64,000 nt of DNA from NCBI GenBank assembly GCA_965214405.1, contig OZ243956.1, positions 3,232,001 to 3,296,000 on the forward strand, given 5' to 3'. The notes beneath the pieces are model-generated. The model ran no database searches and had not been told where the DNA came from. It was given only the letters and a program-made list of their open reading frames with translations. Below, piece by piece: positions 26,646 through 34,597 of the stretch. The position numbers were made by a program, and so were the translations under genes. Positions within the stretch are counted from its first letter, which is position 1. Each line of letters opens with the position of its first letter. This stretch comes from Trueperaceae bacterium. GTDB lineage: Bacteria; Deinococcota; Deinococci; Deinococcales; Trueperaceae.

Positions 26646-29600
26646 CTACTGCGCCGGGGTGATGTTGGTCACCAAGTAGATGTTGTCGTTAAAGTCGTAG
26701 TTGATGCCCGCGTAGTCCATCATCACGAGGTAGGTGTTGGGGATGAGGGCGCCCGCGCGGTCCTTGGCGGGCCAGACGCGCAAGTGATGACCGCACACGA
26801 CCGATGCGTCGTTCTTCTGCGCGTCCAGACACGCCTTGTCGATGTTGCTTTCGCCGCCTGTCCGGTTCATCGTCCAGTCGCTGTATTCGGGGTCGATACG
26901 GAAGCCGAAGACGCTCTGGCTGGGTTTGAACTCGGCGTAACCCGGCGATTTGCTCGAGTCGTTGTTCCGGGGCAAGAACGACTGCCCGTCCTCACCGCGG
27001 TGGGTAAGGCGTCTCTGGCTGGCGGGGGGATCTGAAGGAGAGTTCGCGCTTGTGGCCTGGTTGGTGGTGTAAAAGCTGGCTTGGCTACCCTGTGTGTGCA
27101 ACGCGGCAAGCTGGCGGACCGTCATATTTTTGCTCGGGTCGGCGAGCCTCCAGTAGGGCACGAGAACTTCGTCGCCGATTCGCATGAGTCGCCCGCCGTT
27201 ATTGATGTTTTCGCCGGACTTTCTAATGACCGTGCCGTAGCCAAAGGTCTTCACAACTTCCGAGACGTCGGGCTCTTGCCCGCCCTCTGACACGCTCTGC
27301 CAGAAGCCGCCAAGCTGCACGGTCGTTTTGGGGCCGTTCTTGGCGTCGGAGGTGATGACCAACGCGCCCTCATAAGAGCCGTTGTTCGCGCCGTTGTTTT
27401 GCGCCACAAAGGTGACTTCAATGTCGAGGGAGCCGCCCGCCGCCACCGTGGTGGGGGTGGCGGGGGTGGTCCAGGGGCCGCTGACGGCGATATTGCTGAT
27501 GGTGAGCGGGTCGCTGCCCGTGTTCCTGACGCGCACCGTGGCGCGGTCGTGAACGCCGTTGGGCTTGTCCAGGTTGGGCGTCTGAATCCGGTTGAACGCC
27601 AAGCGGTCAGCGAAGGGCACGCCGTCTAAGTTTTGAAGCGTCACTTCGGCGTTGCTTAGGGCGGGGGGTTTCACTTCTGAGACAGAGAAGTCACTAAAGG
27701 CGAAGTTGATGGCGGGGCTCGAGGCGGCTCTACGGAGAGTGGTAAAGATGCCTGCGAAGCTTCCCTTGCTGTTTGCGCCGTAGTCGATACCTGTGAAGAA
27801 CGCCTGGTTGAGCGCGAGTGAGGTTTGGCCGTTCGCCTCAACGCGCACTTCCGCGCCGCCATTCAGGCGGTAGTAGCCCGTGGCCGTTTTCGTCGCCGGG
27901 TCGAGTTCCAAGATGAGGGTGACGGACTGGGTGGTGATGTTGGCTAAGTCGTTGGAGTCAATCTCTGTCGGCAGCGCGCCGGGGGCGCTCGTGTAGTCTT
28001 CGACCAGGAGCTGAATCTTGCCCGCGGTGTCGCCCGTTTTCGACACGACCAGCTTGGCGTAGTTGTCTTCGTTGAGCCCAAACCAGACACCCGCTTGCTG
28101 CGCGTTACTCCCGGAGGACGCGGCGAAGTTGGGGTTAACGACGGTCGTCTCGACGCGGATTTTGTTCGCGCTTGTGCTCACACCGATGCCGAGCGCGTTG
28201 ATTTGCGAGTTCGTGTCAGAGCTTTGCGCCGGGTCGCGGTACTGGATGCCCTTGCTGCTGCTAAGGGTCAGCGCGCCCCCGCCCACGTTCAACCTGCCAG
28301 GCTCATAGCCGGGAACTTGAGTATTGAACACAGGATTATCGACGCTCAGGCGGGCCGAGGGCGGGTCAACCATCGTAAAGCCGGTGCCGACGCCGTTTTT
28401 GTCTTTCAAGCCGCCTTCGCTGCCATTCCAGGTGAGGCTGTAGGGAAGTGAGACGGCAATCTCGTCACAGGTCAGCGTCGAGCGCGGCGCGCAGCCGATG
28501 GGCGCGGGGAGCGCCACGGGCTTGACGTTGCGGACGATGACGACAATGTCCTGATAATCGAAGCCGCTGGTGGTCTCTTCGGTGGCGATGATGTACGCGT
28601 TCGGGACAACGCCATTGGCGTCTCTTAGCGGATACATGCGCACGTGGTGCGGGATCGCGCCGCCAAAGGTGTTGCGCGCGTCCTCGCTGTAGACCACGCG
28701 GTTGTTAAAGAAGGGCCAGCGCGAGGCGAAGCCGAATGTTTGCGCGCCGGGGTCGAACGAAAACGCGCCGTCGGTGGGGGGCAAGAGGCGCTGCGCGTTT
28801 GTTTTGGGGTTATTTGAGACGGTAAAGAGTTCGTTGAGCGGGCCGCCGACAGGATACCAGCCAAAGGCCGTTACAGGATTGTTCGCGTCCGGACCGAAAA
28901 CCGCCAGCGTATCCACCGTCACCTTGCCCGCGCCCGCTTTTTCGAAGCGCTGCGCCGCAATTTCGTCACCCAACAGGGCCGTGGTCGGCATCGCGTTGTC
29001 GCTGGGGTTGGGGTCGCCGACGGTGACGGGCAGCTCGAGCGCGTCCAAAATCCACTGGAGCGACGGCTCGTTCGCGCCGCCCAAACCCTTGGCGTTGAGA
29101 CCGCGGAGGCTCACCGCAACGGAAGCGCTGTCGGGGTCGTTGGAGCTGACGTTAAGAAGCGCGCCCTTGGGGCCGAGCGTGTTTGGCGAGAAAGATACTT
29201 GCACATCACGCGCCTCATCCGCTTGCAGCGTAAAGGGGAGACTCGTGTTGGCGAGGCTGAACTGCGCTGCGTCGCCACCCGCGAGGCTGAGGCCGGTTAT
29301 CTCGAGGGGGCCGCTGCCGATGTTGCGAAGCGAAAGCGTCTGCACCGCGTTTGCGTTTCCTTGGGTGGTGTAGACGAGCCGCCTGCTGCTCAGTTGCAGG
29401 TCGGGCACCGCCGCGCCCGCCCCGTTACCGAGCAGGTACTTTTCATCAAAGCCAGCCGCGGCCACTGCGATTTTTACGTCATTGAGGCGGCTCAGCGAGC
29501 AGCCGGTGGGCACGTTGGCGGGCAAGCCGCTGCCAATCACAACGACTTTGTCCGTTCCGCTCTTCGCGGCTCTGGCGCACACGTCCGCGGCGCTGTTCGC

Positions 29601-30335
29601 ATCTTCTTCGGCGCTCCGGGTCACCTGGCTGGGACCCTCGACGACAGCGAACGATAGGGTAAAGGAGAAGGGGAACGAAGCCGACTGGGAGGGGTTGTAA
29701 GGGAACTTGATGGCAAAGCTCACCACGCCCTCTTCACCCGCCACGAGCGCCTGACCTCCGGCGCTGTTGTGAACCGAGTAACCGTACTCGAGCAGCGTGC
29801 CAAAAGCAAGCTCTCGCTGGACCTCTGCAACTTGCGCGGCGCTAAAGCCTTGAAAGTCGGCCTCGTCCGCTTTGACGCCTAATCTGCCGCTGTTATCTTC
29901 CATACGGTGCGTGGGCAGAATCGAACGGGCGTAGCTCGCCTCGGTCACGGCTTGGTTGTTGGCGTCTCTCAATTCAGAAATCGCGGTCCCCGCAATCGAC
30001 TGAGCGGTATTGAGCGCGTAGAACGAAAGGTTGTTCACCCTGCTGCTCGAGGTGTTGCCGACCTTGAACGTGCCATAGAGATAGCGCACCCCGTCCTTGT
30101 CGGTCAAACCTTTAGAAAGCGGCGCAAAGGAAAACGCGCTGACGGTGGCTTGGGTTGACAGGTGAGAGGAAGAAGTAGAAAGCTCACCCGAGGCGGGGTC
30201 AACCTGAAAGGTCACGTCAACTTGACCGAGCACCCGCGGCGAAGCGTCTGGAGCAGGGGCAGGCGGCGTGGGACGGGAACGCCCGCAGGCGGTAAGCAGG
30301 AGAACGAGGGCCAAAAAGACGAGCAGTTTTTTCAT
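26646..30335 (-). CDS. Large lipoprotein: same N-terminal domain, ASH/choice-of-anchor-D-like Ig domains and lectin-like beta domains
   Basis: Lipobox LTAC. Repeated LRNIGSGPLEI / VRNTGSDPLTI Ig motifs; D.DYQD / YDFND domain ends. Confidence 0.8.
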   Translation of the reverse strand: MKKLLVFLALVLLLTACGRSRPTPPAPAPDASPRVLGQVDVTFQVDPASGELSTSSSHLSTQATVSAFSFAPLSKGLTDKDGVRYLYGTFKVGNTSSSRVNNLSFYALNTAQSIAGTAISELRDANNQAVTEASYARSILPTHRMEDNSGRLGVKADEADFQGFSAAQVAEVQRELAFGTLLEYGYSVHNSAGGQALVAGEEGVVSFAIKFPYNPSQSASFPFSFTLSFAVVEGPSQVTRSAEEDANSAADVCARAAKSGTDKVVVIGSGLPANVPTGCSLSRLNDVKIAVAAAGFDEKYLLGNGAGAAVPDLQLSSRRLVYTTQGNANAVQTLSLRNIGSGPLEITGLSLAGGDAAQFSLANTSLPFTLQADEARDVQVSFSPNTLGPKGALLNVSSNDPDSASVAVSLRGLNAKGLGGANEPSLQWILDALELPVTVGDPNPSDNAMPTTALLGDEIAAQRFEKAGAGKVTVDTLAVFGPDANNPVTAFGWYPVGGPLNELFTVSNNPKTNAQRLLPPTDGAFSFDPGAQTFGFASRWPFFNNRVVYSEDARNTFGGAIPHHVRMYPLRDANGVVPNAYIIATEETTSGFDYQDIVVIVRNVKPVALPAPIGCAPRSTLTCDEIAVSLPYSLTWNGSEGGLKDKNGVGTGFTMVDPPSARLSVDNPVFNTQVPGYEPGRLNVGGGALTLSSSKGIQYRDPAQSSDTNSQINALGIGVSTSANKIRVETTVVNPNFAASSGSNAQQAGVWFGLNEDNYAKLVVSKTGDTAGKIQLLVEDYTSAPGALPTEIDSNDLANITTQSVTLILELDPATKTATGYYRLNGGAEVRVEANGQTSLALNQAFFTGIDYGANSKGSFAGIFTTLRRAASSPAINFAFSDFSVSEVKPPALSNAEVTLQNLDGVPFADRLAFNRIQTPNLDKPNGVHDRATVRVRNTGSDPLTISNIAVSGPWTTPATPTTVAAGGSLDIEVTFVAQNNGANNGSYEGALVITSDAKNGPKTTVQLGGFWQSVSEGGQEPDVSEVVKTFGYGTVIRKSGENINNGGRLMRIGDEVLVPYWRLADPSKNMTVRQLAALHTQGSQASFYTTNQATSANSPSDPPASQRRLTHRGEDGQSFLPRNNDSSKSPGYAEFKPSQSVFGFRIDPEYSDWTMNRTGGESNIDKACLDAQKNDASVVCGHHLRVWPAKDRAGALIPNTYLVMMDYAGINYDFNDNIYLVTNITPAQ

Positions 30336-30412
30336 AGAACGTCCAAACCGGCAGGGGTGCCTAAGCGAGAGGGGTGGGTGGGCTGACGAGACATAGAACC
30401 TCCTGGAGAAGT
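30049..30412. repeat. Near-identical 364-bp direct repeat (copy 2)
   Basis: Offset exactly 3947 bp from copy 1. Confidence 0.9.
30332..30394 (-). CDS. Second copy of the 20-aa leader ORF
   Basis: Identical to 26385-26447. Confidence 0.5.
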   Translation of the reverse strand: MSRQPTHPSRLGTPAGLDVL

Positions 30413-30419
30413 TTCAAGT

Positions 30420-30452
30420 ATTGTGCTCAAGAAGGCGTTTCGTGAGCGTTCC
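30420..30452 (-). promoter_or_regulatory. Promoter with 11-bp-spaced direct repeat
   Basis: GGAACGCTCAC-GAAACGCCTTC-TTGAG-CACAAT. Confidence 0.65.
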
Positions 30453-30456
30453 ACTC

Positions 30457-30487
30457 AAAAAGCCGCGGCGCAAGGTGCGCCGCGGCT
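30457..30487 (-). terminator. Intrinsic terminator of the 30538-32082 gene
   Basis: AGCCGCGGCGCA-AGG-TGCGCCGCGGCT, with a T-tract on the minus strand. Confidence 0.8.
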
Positions 30488-30537
30488 CGTGTCTTAGAAG
30501 CTGCAAATCTTAGTTATGTTCAGAAGCTATGTGGATG

Positions 30538-32082
30538 TCAGCCTCCAATCCCCACGCCAAAGGCGATATTAACTTTGACCGAGCCAGTGACCGTAGCCTT
30601 GCCGTCGGAGACGGTGTAGGTAAAGGTGTCCACCACGTTGAAGCTTGCCGGGGCCGTGTAGACGATTTTGCCGCCCTCAATCTTGGCGCTGCCGAGAGCC
30701 GGGGTGCTGACGCCTGTAAGGGTGAGGGTGTCGTTGTCGGCGTCGGTGTCGTTGGCGAGCACGTCGATGGTGATGGTTTTGTTTTGGTTGGTGGTTCTCT
30801 CGTCGGCGTTGGCGACCGGGGCGGTGTTGCTGGGGGTGGGCGCGCCGCCGCTAAAGGCGTAGGTGCAGGTGTGGGTCTCGGCGCTGGGCACGGTGCAGGT
30901 GACGGACGCGCTGCTGGGTTTTCCCTGGGCGGTGTAGACCAGGCTGTAGCTTGAAGCGCGCGACATCATGAGCGAGGCGCTCCAGGTGCCTGAGCCGCGG
31001 CTAACGAGGTTGACGACGGTGCTCTGCGCGCCGCCCTGGGGCGTAACGGCGACTTGCACGCCGCCCGTGCTCGGCACGTTGGTCGCTTGAAGCGTGACCT
31101 TGCTCAAGTCCTTGCCCGTGTCAATCACGACGTCTACGTCCGTGTCGGTGTCCGGCGCGGGCTTCGCGGTAACTGTAACGGTGCCGCTGGCGCTCGTCTG
31201 GTTGCCCGCCGCGTCTTTCACAGTCACGACAAAGGTGTTGTCGCCGCTCACGCTGTAGCTGTGGGTATAGCTCCGGTTGACGCTGCCGCCGCCTATGTCA
31301 AACGTCTCGGTGCTGTCGTCACCCCAGGCGATTTTGAGGCTGCGGAGATCGCTGTTGGCGTCGGTCACGCTGACGCCCAACGAGAAGGTCGCGTCAACCT
31401 CGACTTGCGGCGCGTAGGTGAGCGTGGGCGTGGCGGGGGCGGGCGTGGTGACGGCGTTCAACGTCACGGTCACGTCCGCGCCGCCCTCGGAAAGAGTAAA
31501 CGAGGTGCTGCCCTGGCGGGTATGCGTGCCGCCTTCAAAGCCGTCGACCTGGAGCGAAAGGTCGCTGCCCGTCGCCACGCCGACGACCGTGCCGGTGGCT
31601 GTGCTCCCGTTAAGCACGAGGCGCTGCTCGAGCCCGCCCACTTTGGCAATGAGAACCTCCGACGCGGGTCCTAAGTTGGACGCGGTGATTCTGACGTTGC
31701 CCGTCAAGCGGTCCATCTTCATGTCCACACTCGTCGTGTCGGCGTCCACGGTGACGCTCTGGCTGCCCTTATAAAGCACCACGTTCGCGCCGCTAAGCCC
31801 GCGCGCGACGAGCGTGTGAGAGCCAAAAGCCACATCTTTAAGGGTGAGGCTGGCGGTGCCGCCGCTGACGGTCGCGCTTTGAGCTTCGCCGCCGTCTAAG
31901 CTAAGCGTGACTTTAGTGACTTGCGACGGCAGCGCCATAATATGCACGGCCACGCTGTCGGCCACTTTGTCGCTGGAGCCGCTCTCGGTCGGGCGTTGCG
32001 AGCACGCGCCGAGCGTGAGAAGTAAAGCCAGCAAGCCCACAAGGGCGAGCGGGCGAAGAGAGTTGAGACCGGATATGTGCAT
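30538..32082 (-). CDS. Lipoprotein with tandem Ig-like/PKD-like domains and a C-terminal cadherin-like (Big_9) domain
   Basis: Lipobox LGAC. WGDDS...HSY (PKD-like); NTAPVANAD...DVLANDTDAD...DTFTYTVSDG. Confidence 0.82.
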   Translation of the reverse strand: MHISGLNSLRPLALVGLLALLLTLGACSQRPTESGSSDKVADSVAVHIMALPSQVTKVTLSLDGGEAQSATVSGGTASLTLKDVAFGSHTLVARGLSGANVVLYKGSQSVTVDADTTSVDMKMDRLTGNVRITASNLGPASEVLIAKVGGLEQRLVLNGSTATGTVVGVATGSDLSLQVDGFEGGTHTRQGSTSFTLSEGGADVTVTLNAVTTPAPATPTLTYAPQVEVDATFSLGVSVTDANSDLRSLKIAWGDDSTETFDIGGGSVNRSYTHSYSVSGDNTFVVTVKDAAGNQTSASGTVTVTAKPAPDTDTDVDVVIDTGKDLSKVTLQATNVPSTGGVQVAVTPQGGAQSTVVNLVSRGSGTWSASLMMSRASSYSLVYTAQGKPSSASVTCTVPSAETHTCTYAFSGGAPTPSNTAPVANADERTTNQNKTITIDVLANDTDADNDTLTLTGVSTPALGSAKIEGGKIVYTAPASFNVVDTFTYTVSDGKATVTGSVKVNIAFGVGIGG

Positions 32083-32090
32083 GTAAACTC

Positions 32091-32132
32091 CTTCTCGGTG
32101 ATGACTTTTCGGTGATGACTTCTCGGTGATGC
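32091..32132. repeat. 3 x 14-bp tandem repeat abutting the RBS of the 32082 gene
   Basis: CTTCTCGGTGATGA / CTTTTCGGTGATGA / CTTCTCGGTGATGC. Confidence 0.85.
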
Positions 32133-32270
32133 TTCTTGATGTTTAGCGAATTCGAACTATAGGAAACGTCAAGGCTTCTCGCAGCTTCTCTTTGGATGCT
32201 CTTTGCGTGCGCGAATAATCCACCTTCCTTTCTGGTGCTGGACCCCGGCGTCTCGAGGGGTTCTTTAGCC

Positions 32271-32302
32271 ATTGTCCGGGCGGCGCGTTACGCCAGCGTT
32301 CC
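32271..32302 (-). promoter_or_regulatory. Promoter with 11-bp-spaced direct repeat
   Basis: GGAACGCTGGC-GTAACGCGCCG-CCCG-GACAAT. Confidence 0.55.
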
Positions 32303-32448
32303 AAGTCCGGTTGAGCTTGGGGCGGAATGCTGAAGGGAGTGGAGAATCAGGTGATAACGGGATCTGAGAAGACTCTCGTCCATAAAAAGGGGCCAGGAAA
32401 GCGCGTGCTCCTGACCTTTTCCAAACTTGGTGACGCCCCGGATTCTGC

Positions 32449-32640
32449 TCAGCGTTGGTTTTTATCCTTGGGCGAGAACAGAATGACGTTCCCGCCGGGA
32501 CGCTCTTGCAAAGCTTCTAAAAGAGAAGGCCACGAGGAGAGCTTGAGAAGCTCTCTCGTGGCGACGTTTTGTAGGGTGATGTCCAAAAGGTTTTCGCCCT
32601 GTTTGATGCGGATGACGAAGCTCGAGCGTTTGGTGTTCAT
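32449..32640 (-). CDS. Small hypothetical protein (SFVIRI...LQNVAT.E...SW..L type), leaderless
   Basis: TAAGCT 6 nt before the ATG; GGAACG box 26 nt upstream of that -10. Confidence 0.6.
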   Translation of the reverse strand: MNTKRSSFVIRIKQGENLLDITLQNVATRELLKLSSWPSLLEALQERPGGNVILFSPKDKNQR

Positions 32641-32822
32641 GCGTCAAGCTTAGCCGCCACGTGTCCGACAAACGTTCCAAACGCCGTGGTGATTTTTGCT
32701 GTTTTGGGGAGTGGTGAAAATTATACGCCAGCGTCTAGCGTGATATATTGTAGTGAAAGGGATGGTTTTTAACGTTGTATTCCCTTTGAATCAAGCGGGG
32801 GCTGATTAGGGAAGGTGGCTTT

Positions 32823-33458
32823 GTGGAAACATTCCAAGATGTCTCCACATCTAGCGACAACGCAAATATCACGCTTCATTGTGGTCTGTCAAAATTACGT
32901 GCAGAAATCGCGGTTGGCTTAGCAGCTTTTGGCTTTTCAATAGTGGAAACTAGTGTTACCCATCTCATACTTGACGCGCCCTTGGGATGGGCACTTTGGA
33001 AAAGTGAAAATCTCGCTGCTCAACGCATCTTTGTTGTTACGGATAATCCTTGTCCTGAGTACAAGCTCAGGCTGCTCAACCAAAAGCCGTTAGCTTTAAT
33101 GAGTCAGGTATCTCTAAAAGACATTGGCGACATCCTCTGTGATGAGGGTTTCGAAGCGCTTCCTCGCATCATCACACCCCTCTCGAAGGCTGAAGCTTTT
33201 ACGCTGTACCTCGTTGCTACCGACCACAGTAACTGCGCCATCTCGCACATACGAAATATCCAAGAACAAACAGTAAAAAATACAATTTGCACAATCTTTG
33301 ATAAACTCTGTCTCAAAAACCGTTTACAAGCAGCTCACTACTACTTTGGTAACTGGTATCTGCTTTGTCAAAATGGCTGGACACCCCCGGCTCATCTTGT
33401 TCTGCCTGAGTACCTTCAACAGTCATGGTACTTAGGTAACGGTACTAAAGTTCTCTAG
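32823..33458 (+). CDS. LuxR/NarL-type HTH regulator with degenerate receiver-like N-terminus
   Basis: C-terminal PLSKAE..L.LVA...SN..I......QTVKN....IFDKL...NR; N-terminal DNPCPEY motif. AT-rich. Confidence 0.75.
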   Translation: METFQDVSTSSDNANITLHCGLSKLRAEIAVGLAAFGFSIVETSVTHLILDAPLGWALWKSENLAAQRIFVVTDNPCPEYKLRLLNQKPLALMSQVSLKDIGDILCDEGFEALPRIITPLSKAEAFTLYLVATDHSNCAISHIRNIQEQTVKNTICTIFDKLCLKNRLQAAHYYFGNWYLLCQNGWTPPAHLVLPEYLQQSWYLGNGTKVL

Positions 33459-33484
33459 CCAAAGAACCGATTAGTGGCTATAGT
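33427..33484 (+). promoter_or_regulatory. Candidate operator repeat plus -10 box for the thioredoxin/peptide operon
   Basis: GGTACTTAGGTAAC / GGTACTAAAGTTCT tandem repeat, then TATAGT at 33479-33484. Confidence 0.4.
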
Positions 33485-33549
33485 ACCTGCATTAACGGCT
33501 TCTAAAGATTCAGCAGGCGTAGCAACTGGTGCTCGAGGGGAGTTCAGCT

Positions 33550-34305
33550 ATGAAGCTCGTAAACCTATGGTTGATTGGCGGGTTCTTATCCTTAATTGGC
33601 TTTGCCAATGTTAGCTGGGCACAAGTGGTTCCATATGGCGTGAAAATTGAAGACGGCGTAAAAATTCTTGTCTTTGTTGAATCAAACTGCGATGCTTGCG
33701 AGGCACTTCAGAGTGAGTTCGAGGGATTACCTGCCACATACATCGGCGCAGACCTTTTCTTACCCTATACGCCATATTTAACTGATACCGAAAATCAACT
33801 CGTCGCTCGCACCTTCCGTGTTCCTGAGTTTCCGAGCGTTTATGTCCTTAAAGATGGTCAAGTTGCTACAAAGTTTGAAGGTGGAGCCGACCGCTCTACC
33901 GTGGAGGCGGCAGTTAAAGATGTTGAAGCGGGCACCGTGGTGCCCGAGTACACCTACACAATCAACATCGGAGAGCACCTAACAGGAGAATTTTCCGATT
34001 ACACGGGATTTCTCGTTTTCTATAGAGAGAGCTGTGAGAAGTGCCAGGAAGAAAAACCGATACTCAGTCAACTCTGCGAGTCCGGCGAGCTGTCTATTAC
34101 CATCCTGGCAACACGTGATGAGCCACTGCCCGAAGGATGTTCAGGTGAGTTCGCCCGACAAACCGCACTCGATTGGGGGATTCCAGGCGTTCCCTCGGTA
34201 GTTTACTTAGATAAGGGAGTTGTTACCTGGGTTGATTTAGGTTTTCGCGAGGATTTAGCGGTTATAGCTGAAGACCTCGTTGAAACACAAGGAGGAACAC
34301 AATGA
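33550..34305 (+). CDS. Secreted double-thioredoxin-fold thiol-disulfide oxidoreductase
   Basis: Signal peptide. CDAC...EFPSVYV and CEKC...GVPSVVY give two CxxC + cis-Pro pairs. SD GAGGGGAG. Confidence 0.8.
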   Translation: MKLVNLWLIGGFLSLIGFANVSWAQVVPYGVKIEDGVKILVFVESNCDACEALQSEFEGLPATYIGADLFLPYTPYLTDTENQLVARTFRVPEFPSVYVLKDGQVATKFEGGADRSTVEAAVKDVEAGTVVPEYTYTINIGEHLTGEFSDYTGFLVFYRESCEKCQEEKPILSQLCESGELSITILATRDEPLPEGCSGEFARQTALDWGIPGVPSVVYLDKGVVTWVDLGFREDLAVIAEDLVETQGGTQ

Positions 34306-34517
34306 TGAAGCGCGCGAGGTTCGTATTGGTTTTGGCAACAATTAGCCTGACTGGTATTGTCGGCGCAGGTAGTTTCTGCGGAGGTGGCGGCGGTCCCTCA
34401 TGTAAACGCTGTACGCAAGGACTCAAATCATGTACAACAACAATAACCTACGATGCTGACTGCGTTGCTCATTCTAGAACTTCATGCGGTAGCTGTGGGC
34501 AATATTGCGCAGTCTAA
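34302..34517 (+). CDS. Secreted cysteine-rich peptide (22-aa signal, 49-aa mature part, 8 Cys)
   Basis: Strong SD AAGGAGG; ATGA overlap with the upstream stop. Mature GSFCGGGGGPSCKRCTQGLKSCTTTITYDADCVAHSRTSCGSCGQYCAV. Confidence 0.8.
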   Translation: MMKRARFVLVLATISLTGIVGAGSFCGGGGGPSCKRCTQGLKSCTTTITYDADCVAHSRTSCGSCGQYCAV

Positions 34518-34540
34518 CCAGAACCATCTGTTTCGGCTTG

Positions 34541-34575
34541 TACCAGCGGCGCTTACGGTACTGGTGTCGCTGGTA
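34541..34575 (+). other. Stem-loop without U-tract after the peptide gene
   Basis: TACCAGCGGCGC...GTGTCGCTGGTA, a 12-bp stem with two G-U pairs. Confidence 0.6.
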
Positions 34576-34597
34576 ATGTAATTAATGGAGAACGATA

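Noticed and set aside
34302..34517. Double-glycine-leader bacteriocin, lanthipeptide or ranthipeptide precursor
   Set aside because: The leader is a hydrophobic Sec-type signal, and there is no C39 peptidase transporter or modifying enzyme nearby.
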